A stretch of DNA of 64,000 nucleotides from Candidatus Krumholzibacteriia bacterium (GCA_963836185.1 CAWIIQ010000002.1:224001-288000), one strand, 5' to 3'; counted from the stretch's first letter, positions 1 to 9,165 are shown. Notes: generated by a model not told the origin, from the sequence alone. Made by a program: numbers and translations.

Positions 1-1547
1 GGAAAGACTTCACTCTCGCGAGAAACTGTCTGGTAAAGGCGCGTATGATCGCATCGGAGATCGCTCCTGATGGGGACCTCGCCGCTGAGGTAACGCGGAA
101 GATCGGTGAACTGGAGATAGTCGAGGGCAATATTCAAAAAGCGATGTACCGTCTTGAGGAGGCAGAGGGGTTAGCGAAGGGGCAGGATGCGCCGCTGGAA
201 CTGGGGCTTGTCTACCGGTCTATGGGAAAGGCCGAGACCGGCCGGGGAAATCTCGACACGGGAAAGATCCTTTTTAAGCGCTCGAAGGACCTGATAAGGA
301 AATCGGGAAGTACCTATGAGCTGGCCAGGACATGTCTCAAATATGCCGAGACCCTGATCTCGTCAAATGGAGCGGGACTGTCGCACGGTATTCCAGGAAA
401 GAAATACACAGATGAACCATGGAGCCTTCTCTGGGAAGCGCGGCACCTGTTCGCCGGGATGCACGCTCAGCACATGGTCGATCGTATCGATTGTCTGCTC
501 GGCAGGGAAGAGCGAGGCAGTACCACACATCCCCGGATCGATGAAACCGCCGTTGCCGGCTCCGGTATGATCGAGGTCGGATTTTCGCTCGATTACAAGG
601 TCTGTGACGGCCTTGTAGCAGTTTCGCCGGTCATGCAGGACGTTTGGGACAGGATCCAGTTTGCGGCCTCCTACAGAGGCACTGTTCTCGTGACTGGAGA
701 GACAGGCACAGGGAAAGAGCTTGTCGCCAGGCTGATCCACAATGCCAGTGACAGGGCCCAGGGTCCGTTTGTCGCGGTCAATTGCGCCGCGATACCTGAC
801 CATCTTTTCGAGAGTGAATTCTTTGGTCACAGGAAAGGGTCGTTTACCGGAGCAGTGATCGACCGTCGGGGCTTCTTCGAGGAGGCCAGCGGAGGAACGC
901 TTTTCCTCGATGAAGTAGGAGAGCTTTCCACACTGCACCAGGCCAAGCTTCTCAGGGTGCTGCAGGAGGGGAAGATCAGGCGGCTGGGAGAGAACATCGA
1001 ACACGAGGTCGATATAAAGCTCGTATCTGCCACGAACCAGGATCTCGGGAGTAAACTCGATGACTCATCGCTGAGAGAGGATTTCTTCTTCAGGATCAAC
1101 GCCGAAAGGATACATATCCCGCCATTGAGGGATCGCAGGGAGGATATAATCCCGTTGATAAGCTGGCGGCTCTGTGGAAATGGAAATGGCAATAACGGCA
1201 GGACGGTGCAGGTCGACCGTGATGTCGTCTCTCTCTTTCAGAAATATCACTGGCCCGGTAACGTCAGGGAGTTGATCTCGATCGCTGACAGGCTGAGCTG
1301 CTTTGCCAATGATTCTCCTATTACGATCGACATGCTGCCTGACAGGATGACGGGAGATTCAACGGTTCTGCCCGAATGGAATCTCCGCCAGTCCGGTGCC
1401 TGCGATCGTCAAAGGCTTGAGAGCGCGATGAGTATATGCAAGGGCAACAAGAGCGCAGCCGCACGCTGGCTCGGGATATCAAGAGGCAAGCTGTACAAGG
1501 AGCTTAAAAAGACAGGCCTGTACAGATTCTACCGCACCGCAACGTGA
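1..1547 (+). CDS. TPR-containing sigma54-dependent enhancer-binding protein (5'-truncated by window)
   Basis: Frame is open from the window start. Helical TPR-like N-terminal part, Walker A GETGTGKE, GSFTGA loop, Walker B LFLDEV, WPGNVREL, C-terminal Fis-type HTH (GNKSAAARWLGISRGKLY). Confidence 0.93.
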   Translation, partial: KDFTLARNCLVKARMIASEIAPDGDLAAEVTRKIGELEIVEGNIQKAMYRLEEAEGLAKGQDAPLELGLVYRSMGKAETGRGNLDTGKILFKRSKDLIRKSGSTYELARTCLKYAETLISSNGAGLSHGIPGKKYTDEPWSLLWEARHLFAGMHAQHMVDRIDCLLGREERGSTTHPRIDETAVAGSGMIEVGFSLDYKVCDGLVAVSPVMQDVWDRIQFAASYRGTVLVTGETGTGKELVARLIHNASDRAQGPFVAVNCAAIPDHLFESEFFGHRKGSFTGAVIDRRGFFEEASGGTLFLDEVGELSTLHQAKLLRVLQEGKIRRLGENIEHEVDIKLVSATNQDLGSKLDDSSLREDFFFRINAERIHIPPLRDRREDIIPLISWRLCGNGNGNNGRTVQVDRDVVSLFQKYHWPGNVRELISIADRLSCFANDSPITIDMLPDRMTGDSTVLPEWNLRQSGACDRQRLESAMSICKGNKSAAARWLGISRGKLYKELKKTGLYRFYRTAT

Positions 1548-1607
1548 CAGATCTTTCTGTCCTGACTTTTCAATATCATCCACATCCTGAATCAGAAAAC
1601 ATGTTCA

Positions 1608-1709
1608 TGTTGTTCATGTCGTGAACAGTCTTGTCTTCCCCTGCAACACTCAATCCCGCAACAGGTTGTCCCCCGTCATGTCCGTTTCCCGGAAACAGCA
1701 TGAACAACA
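1608..1709. promoter_or_regulatory. Candidate enhancer (UAS) sites
   Basis: Palindrome TGTTCA-N5-TGAACA at 1611-1627 and an 11-bp inverted pair TGTTGTTCATG (1608-1618) / CATGAACAACA (1699-1709), about 130-230 bp upstream of a sigma54-like box. Confidence 0.4.
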
Positions 1710-1837
1710 GAGCTGGAAAGGAGCCGCTGGCGCAGGCACATATGGCCGCGCCGCGTACTTTCGTATCGCAATACTTATAAGATGGTTAGGGGAGCGGATG
1801 TGCCGGCCGGCATGATGGATTACGGGCAGTTTCTCTC

Positions 1838-1853
1838 TGGCACGAATGGTGAT
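1838..1853 (+). promoter_or_regulatory. Possible sigma54 promoter (good -24, imperfect -12)
   Basis: TGGCACGAATGGTGAT; the -12 position reads GA instead of GC. It lies downstream of a bEBP gene and upstream of the Cys-rich lipoprotein. Confidence 0.4.
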
Positions 1854-1925
1854 ATTGGTATGTGTATCAAACCGCGTCACGGCGACGCTTTCTGAAAGGC
1901 CGGACCAAATTGGTAAGGTGTTTCG

Positions 1926-2076
1926 AATAAGAACCATCCGCTTTCTACGGTGCCGCTCTGAGTCCCCCCATCGCGCAACCATACCGTAGATAAGGTGGTT
2001 CTTATTTTTTTCTTCTACAGTTGCGCGATTCGAGGAGGCGGTTCCATTGGATCGGTGAGCACGGAAACGGGGGGAC
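1926..2076 (+). ncRNA. Candidate structured 5' leader RNA
   Basis: Complementary segments 1926-1936/1996-2006, 1944-1951/1983-1990, 1970-1979/2020-2029 and 1962-1969/2069-2076; T-run after the first stem. Confidence 0.45.
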
Positions 2077-2101
2077 GAATCACCTTTTACTGGAGGATAA
2101 C

Positions 2102-2785
2102 ATGATATCGAAAGGTTTCTTCTTTCTGTTTCTGTCGCTCATCCTGATCTCAGTCGTTTCGTGCGAGCAGTCGCTCGAACCGTCCGGATCCGATGATGTT
2201 GAGATGTCCCTGGAGGACAGGCTGGAAGTCAGTTACGACGAAACTCAGACCGAAGATGAAATCGCCTCGTTCAGGATCACACCCAGTTGCTCGATATTCG
2301 GTAGGCTGCTGGAGGATAAGGGCTATCATATCCAGCCCGAAGACGCTGCTCACTACAGGGCAGTCGATCCAGCCACAGGAAAGACCGGGCATATGACGAT
2401 GATACCGTGTTCCGTTCCTGGCGATGAATCAAGGATCGCCATGATCAAATACTTCCGCGGTGAGGATGGATATGCTGTCACTGCAGCAGAGTATTTTGAG
2501 GCTGAGGATTTCGAGATAGTCCATCCGCTCGATGAAAGTGCAGGAATATTGCTGCTTGGTGATGACTCCGATCTTGATCTCAAACTCGACCTGCTCGAAC
2601 GGAGTGAGCGTTCCAAGCGTTACTGGCAGTGTGTCGCGACCAAGTTCATGGCCGGGTGTGCCGGGTGCGCTACCGTCTGCTACATCACGGGGCCTGCATG
2701 GGGTGCGTGTACAGCCAAATGCTGCGCCGGTTCCGCTGTCGTAGCTATGGTTGCCTGTGCGGCCACTGTATACCTGGGGTGGTGA
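2102..2785 (+). CDS. Lipoprotein with C-terminal Cys-rich, halocin C8-like putative bacteriocin domain
   Basis: GGAGG RBS before ATG 2102; lipobox VVSC (Cys21); acidic middle region; basic RSERSKR junction; 54-aa hydrophobic tail with 8 Cys ending in LGW. Confidence 0.65.
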   Translation: MISKGFFFLFLSLILISVVSCEQSLEPSGSDDVEMSLEDRLEVSYDETQTEDEIASFRITPSCSIFGRLLEDKGYHIQPEDAAHYRAVDPATGKTGHMTMIPCSVPGDESRIAMIKYFRGEDGYAVTAAEYFEAEDFEIVHPLDESAGILLLGDDSDLDLKLDLLERSERSKRYWQCVATKFMAGCAGCATVCYITGPAWGACTAKCCAGSAVVAMVACAATVYLGW

Positions 2786-3121
2786 GTGATGAAATCATCA
2801 AAACGGATCGTCTATTGTTACCTGTTCTGTTTTCTCCTGATAGTAACGGTCGATCTGCTGAGTTCCGGCGATATGTCCGGTGAAAGGATGTACCTTGTAC
2901 TCATGCCGCTTCTGGCTCTATCGCTCTTTCTGTTCAGCGACTTTACGCCAGAGGGGATCAAAAGGAGGATCAAAGGGTATCGCTGGTCGATAATGGTCCT
3001 GCTGATCGGTATCACGACGAGTCTATTTATAGACAAGACGTTGTCCGCTGGAGTGGTGATACTTGTGAGTTCGTTCACGGCACCGTTTCTACGTATAAGG
3101 AAGTATGCCGATCAGGATTAG
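2786..3121 (+). CDS. Small integral membrane protein (about 4 TM), putative immunity/partner protein
   Basis: Starts immediately after the upstream stop (TGAGTGATG); four hydrophobic stretches with basic ends. Confidence 0.6.
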   Translation: MMKSSKRIVYCYLFCFLLIVTVDLLSSGDMSGERMYLVLMPLLALSLFLFSDFTPEGIKRRIKGYRWSIMVLLIGITTSLFIDKTLSAGVVILVSSFTAPFLRIRKYADQD

Positions 3122-6100
3122 GACTTGAGGCTTTTTACAAAGTCAAAGACCTGCGTTCTCAGCGGCACCTGGAGGTAGGAAGATATCTGTTCAGAATTGT
3201 CGAAAGCCTCGGTTATCTCCTTGAGGGTATTGATAGATTCCCTGCTGTATTTGACCGAGTTGGAGATATCGCCGGCCTGCTTGTAAAGCCGCGCAAGCTC
3301 AAACTGGATCTGCCATGTCCACTCCCTGGTCCCGAATTCTCTGGAGACATCGATAGCCTCCAGCATCGGGGCCAGGGATTTCGAATTATCGTGAACCTCA
3401 CTCAAAGCGATGACGTAACTGTACAGTGGCTTGAGATACCCGCAATTGATCTCCCTGAATATCTTCGCCGCCTGCCTGGCGTAATCACGAGCTATCTCAT
3501 GGTCCCCCATGTGTCGATGTGTGAGGGACAGCTTTAGTAATGCTTCGAGCAAGTCGTCCTTGGCGTTGGCTCCTTTGAAAATGTCGGAAGAAATAAGGGC
3601 ATGATTTATAGCAGTCTTGAGTTCAAGATTGTAGTAGGCTGAATCGGCATGTCTGAGCTCCAAATGTCCCAAGCCAATCTTATTGTTGTATTTATGAATT
3701 GATTCTTTTGATGTTTCTGTGAATTCCTTGTATTTGTCATGATATAGACTCCCCATAAGCAAGAATGCTCGAGCTCCTGTTGACGGAAATGTTGGGGAGA
3801 TCGCCGATACATTATACTTAGCTATATATTGAGATCCTTCAAATATTAAGGCTATTGCTTCAGAGAAATTAGCTATGGATATATGTCCCAAGGCCTTGTT
3901 TGCGAGAAAAACAATCAAGTGAGAATAGGCTTGGTATATCTTTGCCAAATGGCACGCCTTGTCCAGTATGCCAATCTGATCGTTGAATTTACCTTGAATA
4001 TAGTTCAGTCCGGCAAGCCCGCTCATGTGGTCAATGCGGCTAATTTCATCGCAACTGAGTTTGTCTAAAGCTATCATTTTCCCTAAGACTGTGTGGGCAG
4101 TATCATATTCTCCTGTGTAGAATGCTTTAACGTATTTCGAAAAGTAAATTCTATCTGTTGTTCTTAGATCACTTTCGTCAAGAAGGTCGTCTAACTCAAT
4201 ATCGATTGCATTGTACTTTTCTGCATCACCGGAGAATGTGTAATAATACATTGCGTTAGAAATCGCCCTGATATACTGAGCTGGAAGGATATCTTTGGCA
4301 GTTGTGGCAGCTGATTCAAGGAATGAGACATCGTTCAATACTATTCCTAGCGAAATGAGCGCTTCTGATTCGATGATTGCGTTTGAATTATTTCGAGCAA
4401 TATCTAGAGCCCTGTTATAAAAATTAACCGCCTTTTTCGAATTGCCTTTGTAGTATTGTTCGATATATCCCAATCTATTGTAGTACTCTGCTTTAGATTC
4501 TTCATTAGGGGCCATATTAAGCAGATAAGTGTAATTCTCAATGGAATCATCAACATATCCGAGAGTTAGTTCTAAAGGGGCAAGTTTAGAAAGAACAGTG
4601 CTTCTGATTTCTGGTAAATCTTGTGTATCAATCAAACTTTTAAGCGATAGTAATAGGTTAAAGGCTGAATAATATTCGTGCTGTGCCATGTGTTCATCAT
4701 GTGCCTTGATTGTATAACTATATGACTGTTCAATATCTCTGGCTTGAATGAAATGATTAGCTATCATTGGGAAGTTCTCTGGGTCGACCTGAATGGAATA
4801 GTATGCTAGATCTCTGTGAATCGAAGTGGATTGGTCATCTTGTGTGTTTCGAATGAGATAATTTTTAATAATTGGAGATAATAAACGACTTAGATTATTT
4901 TTCGATTCAATCAAGTCTGCTCGCTCAAGGCTATCAATTACAGGTGCAATATCAAAAGACATAAAAGTATTGAGTATATTTGTTTCTATAGGATTGTTAT
5001 GGGCGGAAAGTAACTGTAGGACATATAACTCATCTGTGCTTAATCCAGCAACTATTTGATCTGCCAGATCATCAAAGATCTCTGCGGATTGGTAGGTGCT
5101 TAATTTTTTGTGATTAACAAAATAGGCCCTGCCTGTCTTTGAAATAATGTCGTTTAGTATTAAGAAATTGTAGTAATCGATTATGTATAGTGGAATCCCA
5201 TCTGTAAGCAATAGAATGTCACTATATTCTTTTTTGCTGAATATGTCGGATTCAAACAGTGCAGTAGAAAGTGTTTTTAGCTCGGCATTGTTGAATCCTC
5301 GAATAGGCAAAGAGTAGGCGTTATTGGCAAGAGAGGCTAACTGTGTGTCAAGTGCGTCGCTGTGAGGGTAATCTGTGGCATGGGAAAGAATAACTTTTAC
5401 ATCAGCATTTAGATATTCGATTTCATTGATGAGATGAGTAAGGAATTTCAATGAATCAAGTCCACGACGCTCTATATTAGAAATTGTAATCAGAACTGGC
5501 TGATCTTTTGAAAGGGTATAAATATATTCGATGATGTTGCTATACAATACTCCGAGACTATCTAAATCTCTAGAGTCCTCGTATTTGTTAATGTTGGCTA
5601 CCAATTTGCCATGCTGAACAGAAAGCTTTTTGCGTGAAGTTAATGATAGGTTTGTGGCAATAGAATCGATAATGTTTTGAAGGGTTAGTCTTTCCGGTTG
5701 CGGCTCAATAAAGCTTATAACTTTGTATTTCAAGAGTTGAGCTTTGCTGATCGCTTTTATTAGCAGTGATTGTTTGCCCATCCCAATAGGGCCTTCTAAA
5801 ATAATCGTCCTCTCATGCAAGTCAGCACCCTCAATGAACTGTTCGATTGCTGAGTCAACGCCCTCGCGCAATACATGCTTAGTACTATTGAAATTGTATG
5901 GTATTGACGAGGGTGTGATGATTGAAGCCAGATTCTGTATTGCTTGCGAGGGTGTGGCTGGGCGAAGTGCGATGGATGGATTGGAAAGTCTGACAATATA
6001 CGAGGCAAGATTTCTTGGATGTTCAATCCCAGAATTCTGGAATAGTTGGCTCAGTGCTTCGTATGCAGAACTTAAATAATCATCCGTGAGGTTTGGTGCT

Positions 6101-6702
6101 AGTGGTGTTTCATATTTAAGCAGGCTTTCCATAAGTGTGTGCCCTAGTGCATAAAGGTCACTGCTGGGTGAATAATTTCTGGAAGAGATGATTTCTGGGG
6201 CTAAAAACCTGGGCGTTCCAAATAGTTTGTCGTTGTCTGTAAGTGCGATTGTTGATAATCCAAAATCAACTAAAACAGGACATAAATTACCATCGCCTGC
6301 TATAAGAACATTCTCTGGTTTTATATCTCCATGGATAATATTTTCCCTATTGAGGTAATGAAGTGCTTCGAGAATACCTGTGATTATAGCGGAAGTGGAT
6401 AACACGCGATCGGGAGATTCAAAGAAATCGTTTAGATTGGGGCCATTAATAAAATCCATGGTGAAGTATGAATGCCCCGATTCGCTCTGGCCAAAATCGT
6501 AAACACGAATCAGATTGGGATGATTTAGTGGCGTAAGAGTTGAGAATTCGTTTTCAATAGAAGCAGTTAGTGCTGGTTCAATATGATTCAGGATTTTTAG
6601 GGCAATATTCTTATTGGCCTGAGAGTCAAATGCCTTGAATACTGTCCCAATGCCACCAGATCCTATTAGAGGAGAAATTGCTGTATCTTGAAGGAAATCC
6701 AT
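3118..6702 (-). CDS. Ser/Thr protein kinase - AAA/STAND-like NTPase - TPR protein
   Basis: Hanks kinase motifs GSGGIGTV, IALK, HGDIKPEN, DFG, GTPRFLAPE, SDLYALG; Walker A-like GPIGMGKQS; long helical TPR-like C-terminal half; mostly low GC. Confidence 0.88.
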   Translation of the reverse strand: MDFLQDTAISPLIGSGGIGTVFKAFDSQANKNIALKILNHIEPALTASIENEFSTLTPLNHPNLIRVYDFGQSESGHSYFTMDFINGPNLNDFFESPDRVLSTSAIITGILEALHYLNRENIIHGDIKPENVLIAGDGNLCPVLVDFGLSTIALTDNDKLFGTPRFLAPEIISSRNYSPSSDLYALGHTLMESLLKYETPLAPNLTDDYLSSAYEALSQLFQNSGIEHPRNLASYIVRLSNPSIALRPATPSQAIQNLASIITPSSIPYNFNSTKHVLREGVDSAIEQFIEGADLHERTIILEGPIGMGKQSLLIKAISKAQLLKYKVISFIEPQPERLTLQNIIDSIATNLSLTSRKKLSVQHGKLVANINKYEDSRDLDSLGVLYSNIIEYIYTLSKDQPVLITISNIERRGLDSLKFLTHLINEIEYLNADVKVILSHATDYPHSDALDTQLASLANNAYSLPIRGFNNAELKTLSTALFESDIFSKKEYSDILLLTDGIPLYIIDYYNFLILNDIISKTGRAYFVNHKKLSTYQSAEIFDDLADQIVAGLSTDELYVLQLLSAHNNPIETNILNTFMSFDIAPVIDSLERADLIESKNNLSRLLSPIIKNYLIRNTQDDQSTSIHRDLAYYSIQVDPENFPMIANHFIQARDIEQSYSYTIKAHDEHMAQHEYYSAFNLLLSLKSLIDTQDLPEIRSTVLSKLAPLELTLGYVDDSIENYTYLLNMAPNEESKAEYYNRLGYIEQYYKGNSKKAVNFYNRALDIARNNSNAIIESEALISLGIVLNDVSFLESAATTAKDILPAQYIRAISNAMYYYTFSGDAEKYNAIDIELDDLLDESDLRTTDRIYFSKYVKAFYTGEYDTAHTVLGKMIALDKLSCDEISRIDHMSGLAGLNYIQGKFNDQIGILDKACHLAKIYQAYSHLIVFLANKALGHISIANFSEAIALIFEGSQYIAKYNVSAISPTFPSTGARAFLLMGSLYHDKYKEFTETSKESIHKYNNKIGLGHLELRHADSAYYNLELKTAINHALISSDIFKGANAKDDLLEALLKLSLTHRHMGDHEIARDYARQAAKIFREINCGYLKPLYSYVIALSEVHDNSKSLAPMLEAIDVSREFGTREWTWQIQFELARLYKQAGDISNSVKYSRESINTLKEITEAFDNSEQISSYLQVPLRTQVFDFVKSLKS

Positions 6703-6753
6703 ATCTGTCAGTCATGGAGTAGCGATTCTAGTTTGTATGGGAGAAAAATCAAT

Positions 6754-6784
6754 AAAAAAACCCTCTCCGGGGAGAGGGTTTTTT
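6754..6784. terminator. Bidirectional intrinsic terminator
   Basis: AAAAAAA-CCCTCTCC-GG-GGAGAGGG-TTTTTT. Confidence 0.85.
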
Positions 6785-6807
6785 AAGGTTCAAGTTACGA
6801 GTTAATA

Positions 6808-7356
6808 TTATCCGTTTGGCCAAATCCCATAACCACTGAAATGTTTAAGTTCAGTAACTATGTCCCCATTCTCTACGCGTCCACCGACATCCTGCCAGAT
6901 TCCTGCATCTTCATTGTTCCACAGAGTCCTATAGGAAGTTGCGTTCGAATCGACCTTTGCCAGTGGCAGCGTCATGATGACGTTCTTGTTAAACTCGATG
7001 CCGTGGGGGCCCAGCTCTACCATCGCTTCAGGGTACCTGGGCATGTCGATGGTGATCTCGGTGTCCTCATTGAGGGCTCCGGGCGGGAAGTACAAACTGA
7101 CGTAGCCGTTTGTCACGGTCCCGCCCGTTTCGGCTGAAATCACCATGGAGACGGAGGTTGAGGAGGTCAGTAACATATCTCGACCAGAAGAACCCGCGGA
7201 GGTGGAGAGAACCTGGACGAAAACGGGGTTCTCAACACCGGGCGTAGTGTCGTCCTGTGAGGGGGATACAGGAGAGTATCCACAGCCCATGGCAGCCAGT
7301 ACACTGAGGAAGGTTGAAACGGTGAGGAATTTGTGGGCTATGGTTCGTCCTGACAT
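6808..7356 (-). CDS. ZU5-domain lipoprotein with C-terminal HFS motif
   Basis: AGGAGGT RBS before ATG 7356; lipobox AMGC; ZU5-like pattern (GGTV..VSLYFPPGAL..ELGPHGIEFNKNVIMTLP); ends ELKHFSGYGIWPNG. Confidence 0.72.
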   Translation of the reverse strand: MSGRTIAHKFLTVSTFLSVLAAMGCGYSPVSPSQDDTTPGVENPVFVQVLSTSAGSSGRDMLLTSSTSVSMVISAETGGTVTNGYVSLYFPPGALNEDTEITIDMPRYPEAMVELGPHGIEFNKNVIMTLPLAKVDSNATSYRTLWNNEDAGIWQDVGGRVENGDIVTELKHFSGYGIWPNG

Positions 7357-7416
7357 TTCTCCCACCTCCTTGGGGTCTTTGGTGAACAACTTCTTTCGTT
7401 TCTCACCCTGGTATAA

Positions 7417-7432
7417 GGCAACGCAAGTGCCA
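7417..7432 (-). promoter_or_regulatory. Sigma54 (-24/-12) promoter of the ZU5 lipoprotein gene
   Basis: Minus strand TGGCACTTGCGTTGCC matches TGGCAC-N5-TTGC exactly, 60 bp upstream of the start and just downstream of a bEBP gene. Confidence 0.85.
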
Positions 7433-7704
7433 CGGGCCAAAAGCCGGCACGCAGATGCCGTTCTGGGGAGCGATCATTGTGTCAACTTATGTTGTCTGTC
7501 TGGATTTGTGACTTTGGAACTTGTTGATAGACAAGCAACTACAGGATCTGGAAAAGTCCCGGATCCTGCCTTGAAAAAGTGATCGTTCGTGGAAATAGGC
7601 TGGTACGAAAGCCCCGGCCGAAATGTCGGATTGGGATTATTCCTGAATCTGTTGGGGGAGATTTTCGGACTGGCAGGGGGGTATGCTTGTAAGAGTCAGC
7701 GTTT

Positions 7705-9165
7705 TCAGTCTGTTACAGAAACCGGCTCAAATTCGCCGGTTTTGAGTTTTTTCTTAAGCTCCTGACCGTCTATTCCGTGTTTCTTCATCTTGTATCTCAA
7801 GGTTCCTCGTTCTACCTCAAGAAGGTGGGCTGCGCGGGTTATATTTCCCCCTGTCCTGACGAGCGTCTCGAGGATCACGGCCTCTTCGACCTGGTCGAGA
7901 CTGACACCCTCTGATGGAATATCGATCCTCAGAGTTCCGTTTTCTTTCTTAACCTGGCAGGTTGTTTCTTCCGTTCTGGTCTCGGTGGCTATGGGCAAGT
8001 CAGCTGAACGGATCATTCCTGTCGTGTTCAGAAGAACCGCGCGCTCGATGAGATTGATCAACTCCCGGATGTTTCCAGGCCATGAATACTGCTCGAGAAG
8101 GGTGAACGCATCCTCTGTGAGGGAGATGTCGCCTTTGTTGAGGCGGCGGGAGAACTTTTCTGTGTATGTCTCGGCTATAGGGCGGATATCTTCCTTGCGG
8201 CTGCGAAGGGGCGGAATCACGATCTCGACAACGTTTAGCCTGTAATAGAGATCGGCCCTGAACCGCTTTGTATCCACGTCATCCTTCAAATTCCTGTTTG
8301 TAGCGGAGATCACCCTGACATCTACAGGAAGGAACTGTGTGCCGCTCACTCTCCTTATAGTCCTCGAATCGAGGAACTTGAGGAGCTTTGCCTGGAGGTT
8401 GAAGTCGATCTCGCCTACTTCATCAAGGAAGATCGATCCTCCATTTGCGACCTCGAACAGCCCCATCTTTCTTTCCTTGGCGTCTGTGAAGGCTCCCTTC
8501 TCATATCCGAAGAACTCACTTTCAAGAAGCTTGGAAGGGATCGCGGCGCAGTTTACCTCTATGAGGGGCCCTGAAGATCGAGCGCTTATCTGATGGATAG
8601 CGCTGGCGAGCACTCCTTTGCCGGTGCCGTTTTCGCCCGTGATCATGACCGATGTGCAATCGCTCTTTCCTACCTTGATCGCCAGGGCGATGATTTCCTG
8701 CATGGCCTCACTGACACCTATGATGTCATCGAACCCTTCTGGTTTCGACGTTCTTTCCCTTATGGCTTCATCCCGTTTACGTTTCCCGAGACCGCTGGCG
8801 ATCTGGCTGAGGATAAGGTGGAGGTCCCTGCTCTCGTACGGCATATGGAGCTGGTGTCTTGCGCCCAGCCTCAAGCTGACGTTGTCCTCGTTCCTCAGTC
8901 CCTCCGGTATAAGAAGGATGATCTGGGAAGTGGAATTGTGTCTGTGCCAGTCGATCAGGTTGTCGATATCAGGTGAGATGTCCCGGGTTCCGGCTTCATT
9001 CGTGCCGGCTAATATAAGGACCTGTGGAGCCGATTTCTCTCTTTCCAGAATGAAATCGTTTACGCTGGAGAACTTAGATACTTTCCATCCTGACTCGGCA
9101 CAGTCGTTCTCTACTGTCCCGAGGATATCTGAATGGGAGCATATTATGTCTAGTTCAAGTGACAT
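7705..9165 (-). CDS. NtrC-like sigma54 activator with degenerate (pseudo-)receiver domain
   Basis: GENGTGKG, GAFTDA, IFLDEV, WPGNIREL, Fis HTH. The N-terminal receiver-sized domain lacks the acidic pocket, phospho-Asp and conserved Lys. Confidence 0.92.
   Translation of the reverse strand: MSLELDIICSHSDILGTVENDCAESGWKVSKFSSVNDFILEREKSAPQVLILAGTNEAGTRDISPDIDNLIDWHRHNSTSQIILLIPEGLRNEDNVSLRLGARHQLHMPYESRDLHLILSQIASGLGKRKRDEAIRERTSKPEGFDDIIGVSEAMQEIIALAIKVGKSDCTSVMITGENGTGKGVLASAIHQISARSSGPLIEVNCAAIPSKLLESEFFGYEKGAFTDAKERKMGLFEVANGGSIFLDEVGEIDFNLQAKLLKFLDSRTIRRVSGTQFLPVDVRVISATNRNLKDDVDTKRFRADLYYRLNVVEIVIPPLRSRKEDIRPIAETYTEKFSRRLNKGDISLTEDAFTLLEQYSWPGNIRELINLIERAVLLNTTGMIRSADLPIATETRTEETTCQVKKENGTLRIDIPSEGVSLDQVEEAVILETLVRTGGNITRAAHLLEVERGTLRYKMKKHGIDGQELKKKLKTGEFEPVSVTD

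Noticed and set aside
1860-1895. Short leader peptide MCIKPRHGDAF
   Set aside because: It has no RBS and no distinguishing features, so it cannot be supported.
3600-6870. Prophage or mobile element explaining the low GC
   Set aside because: No integrase, transposase, att-like repeats or phage genes are present, and the boundaries fall within intact genes.
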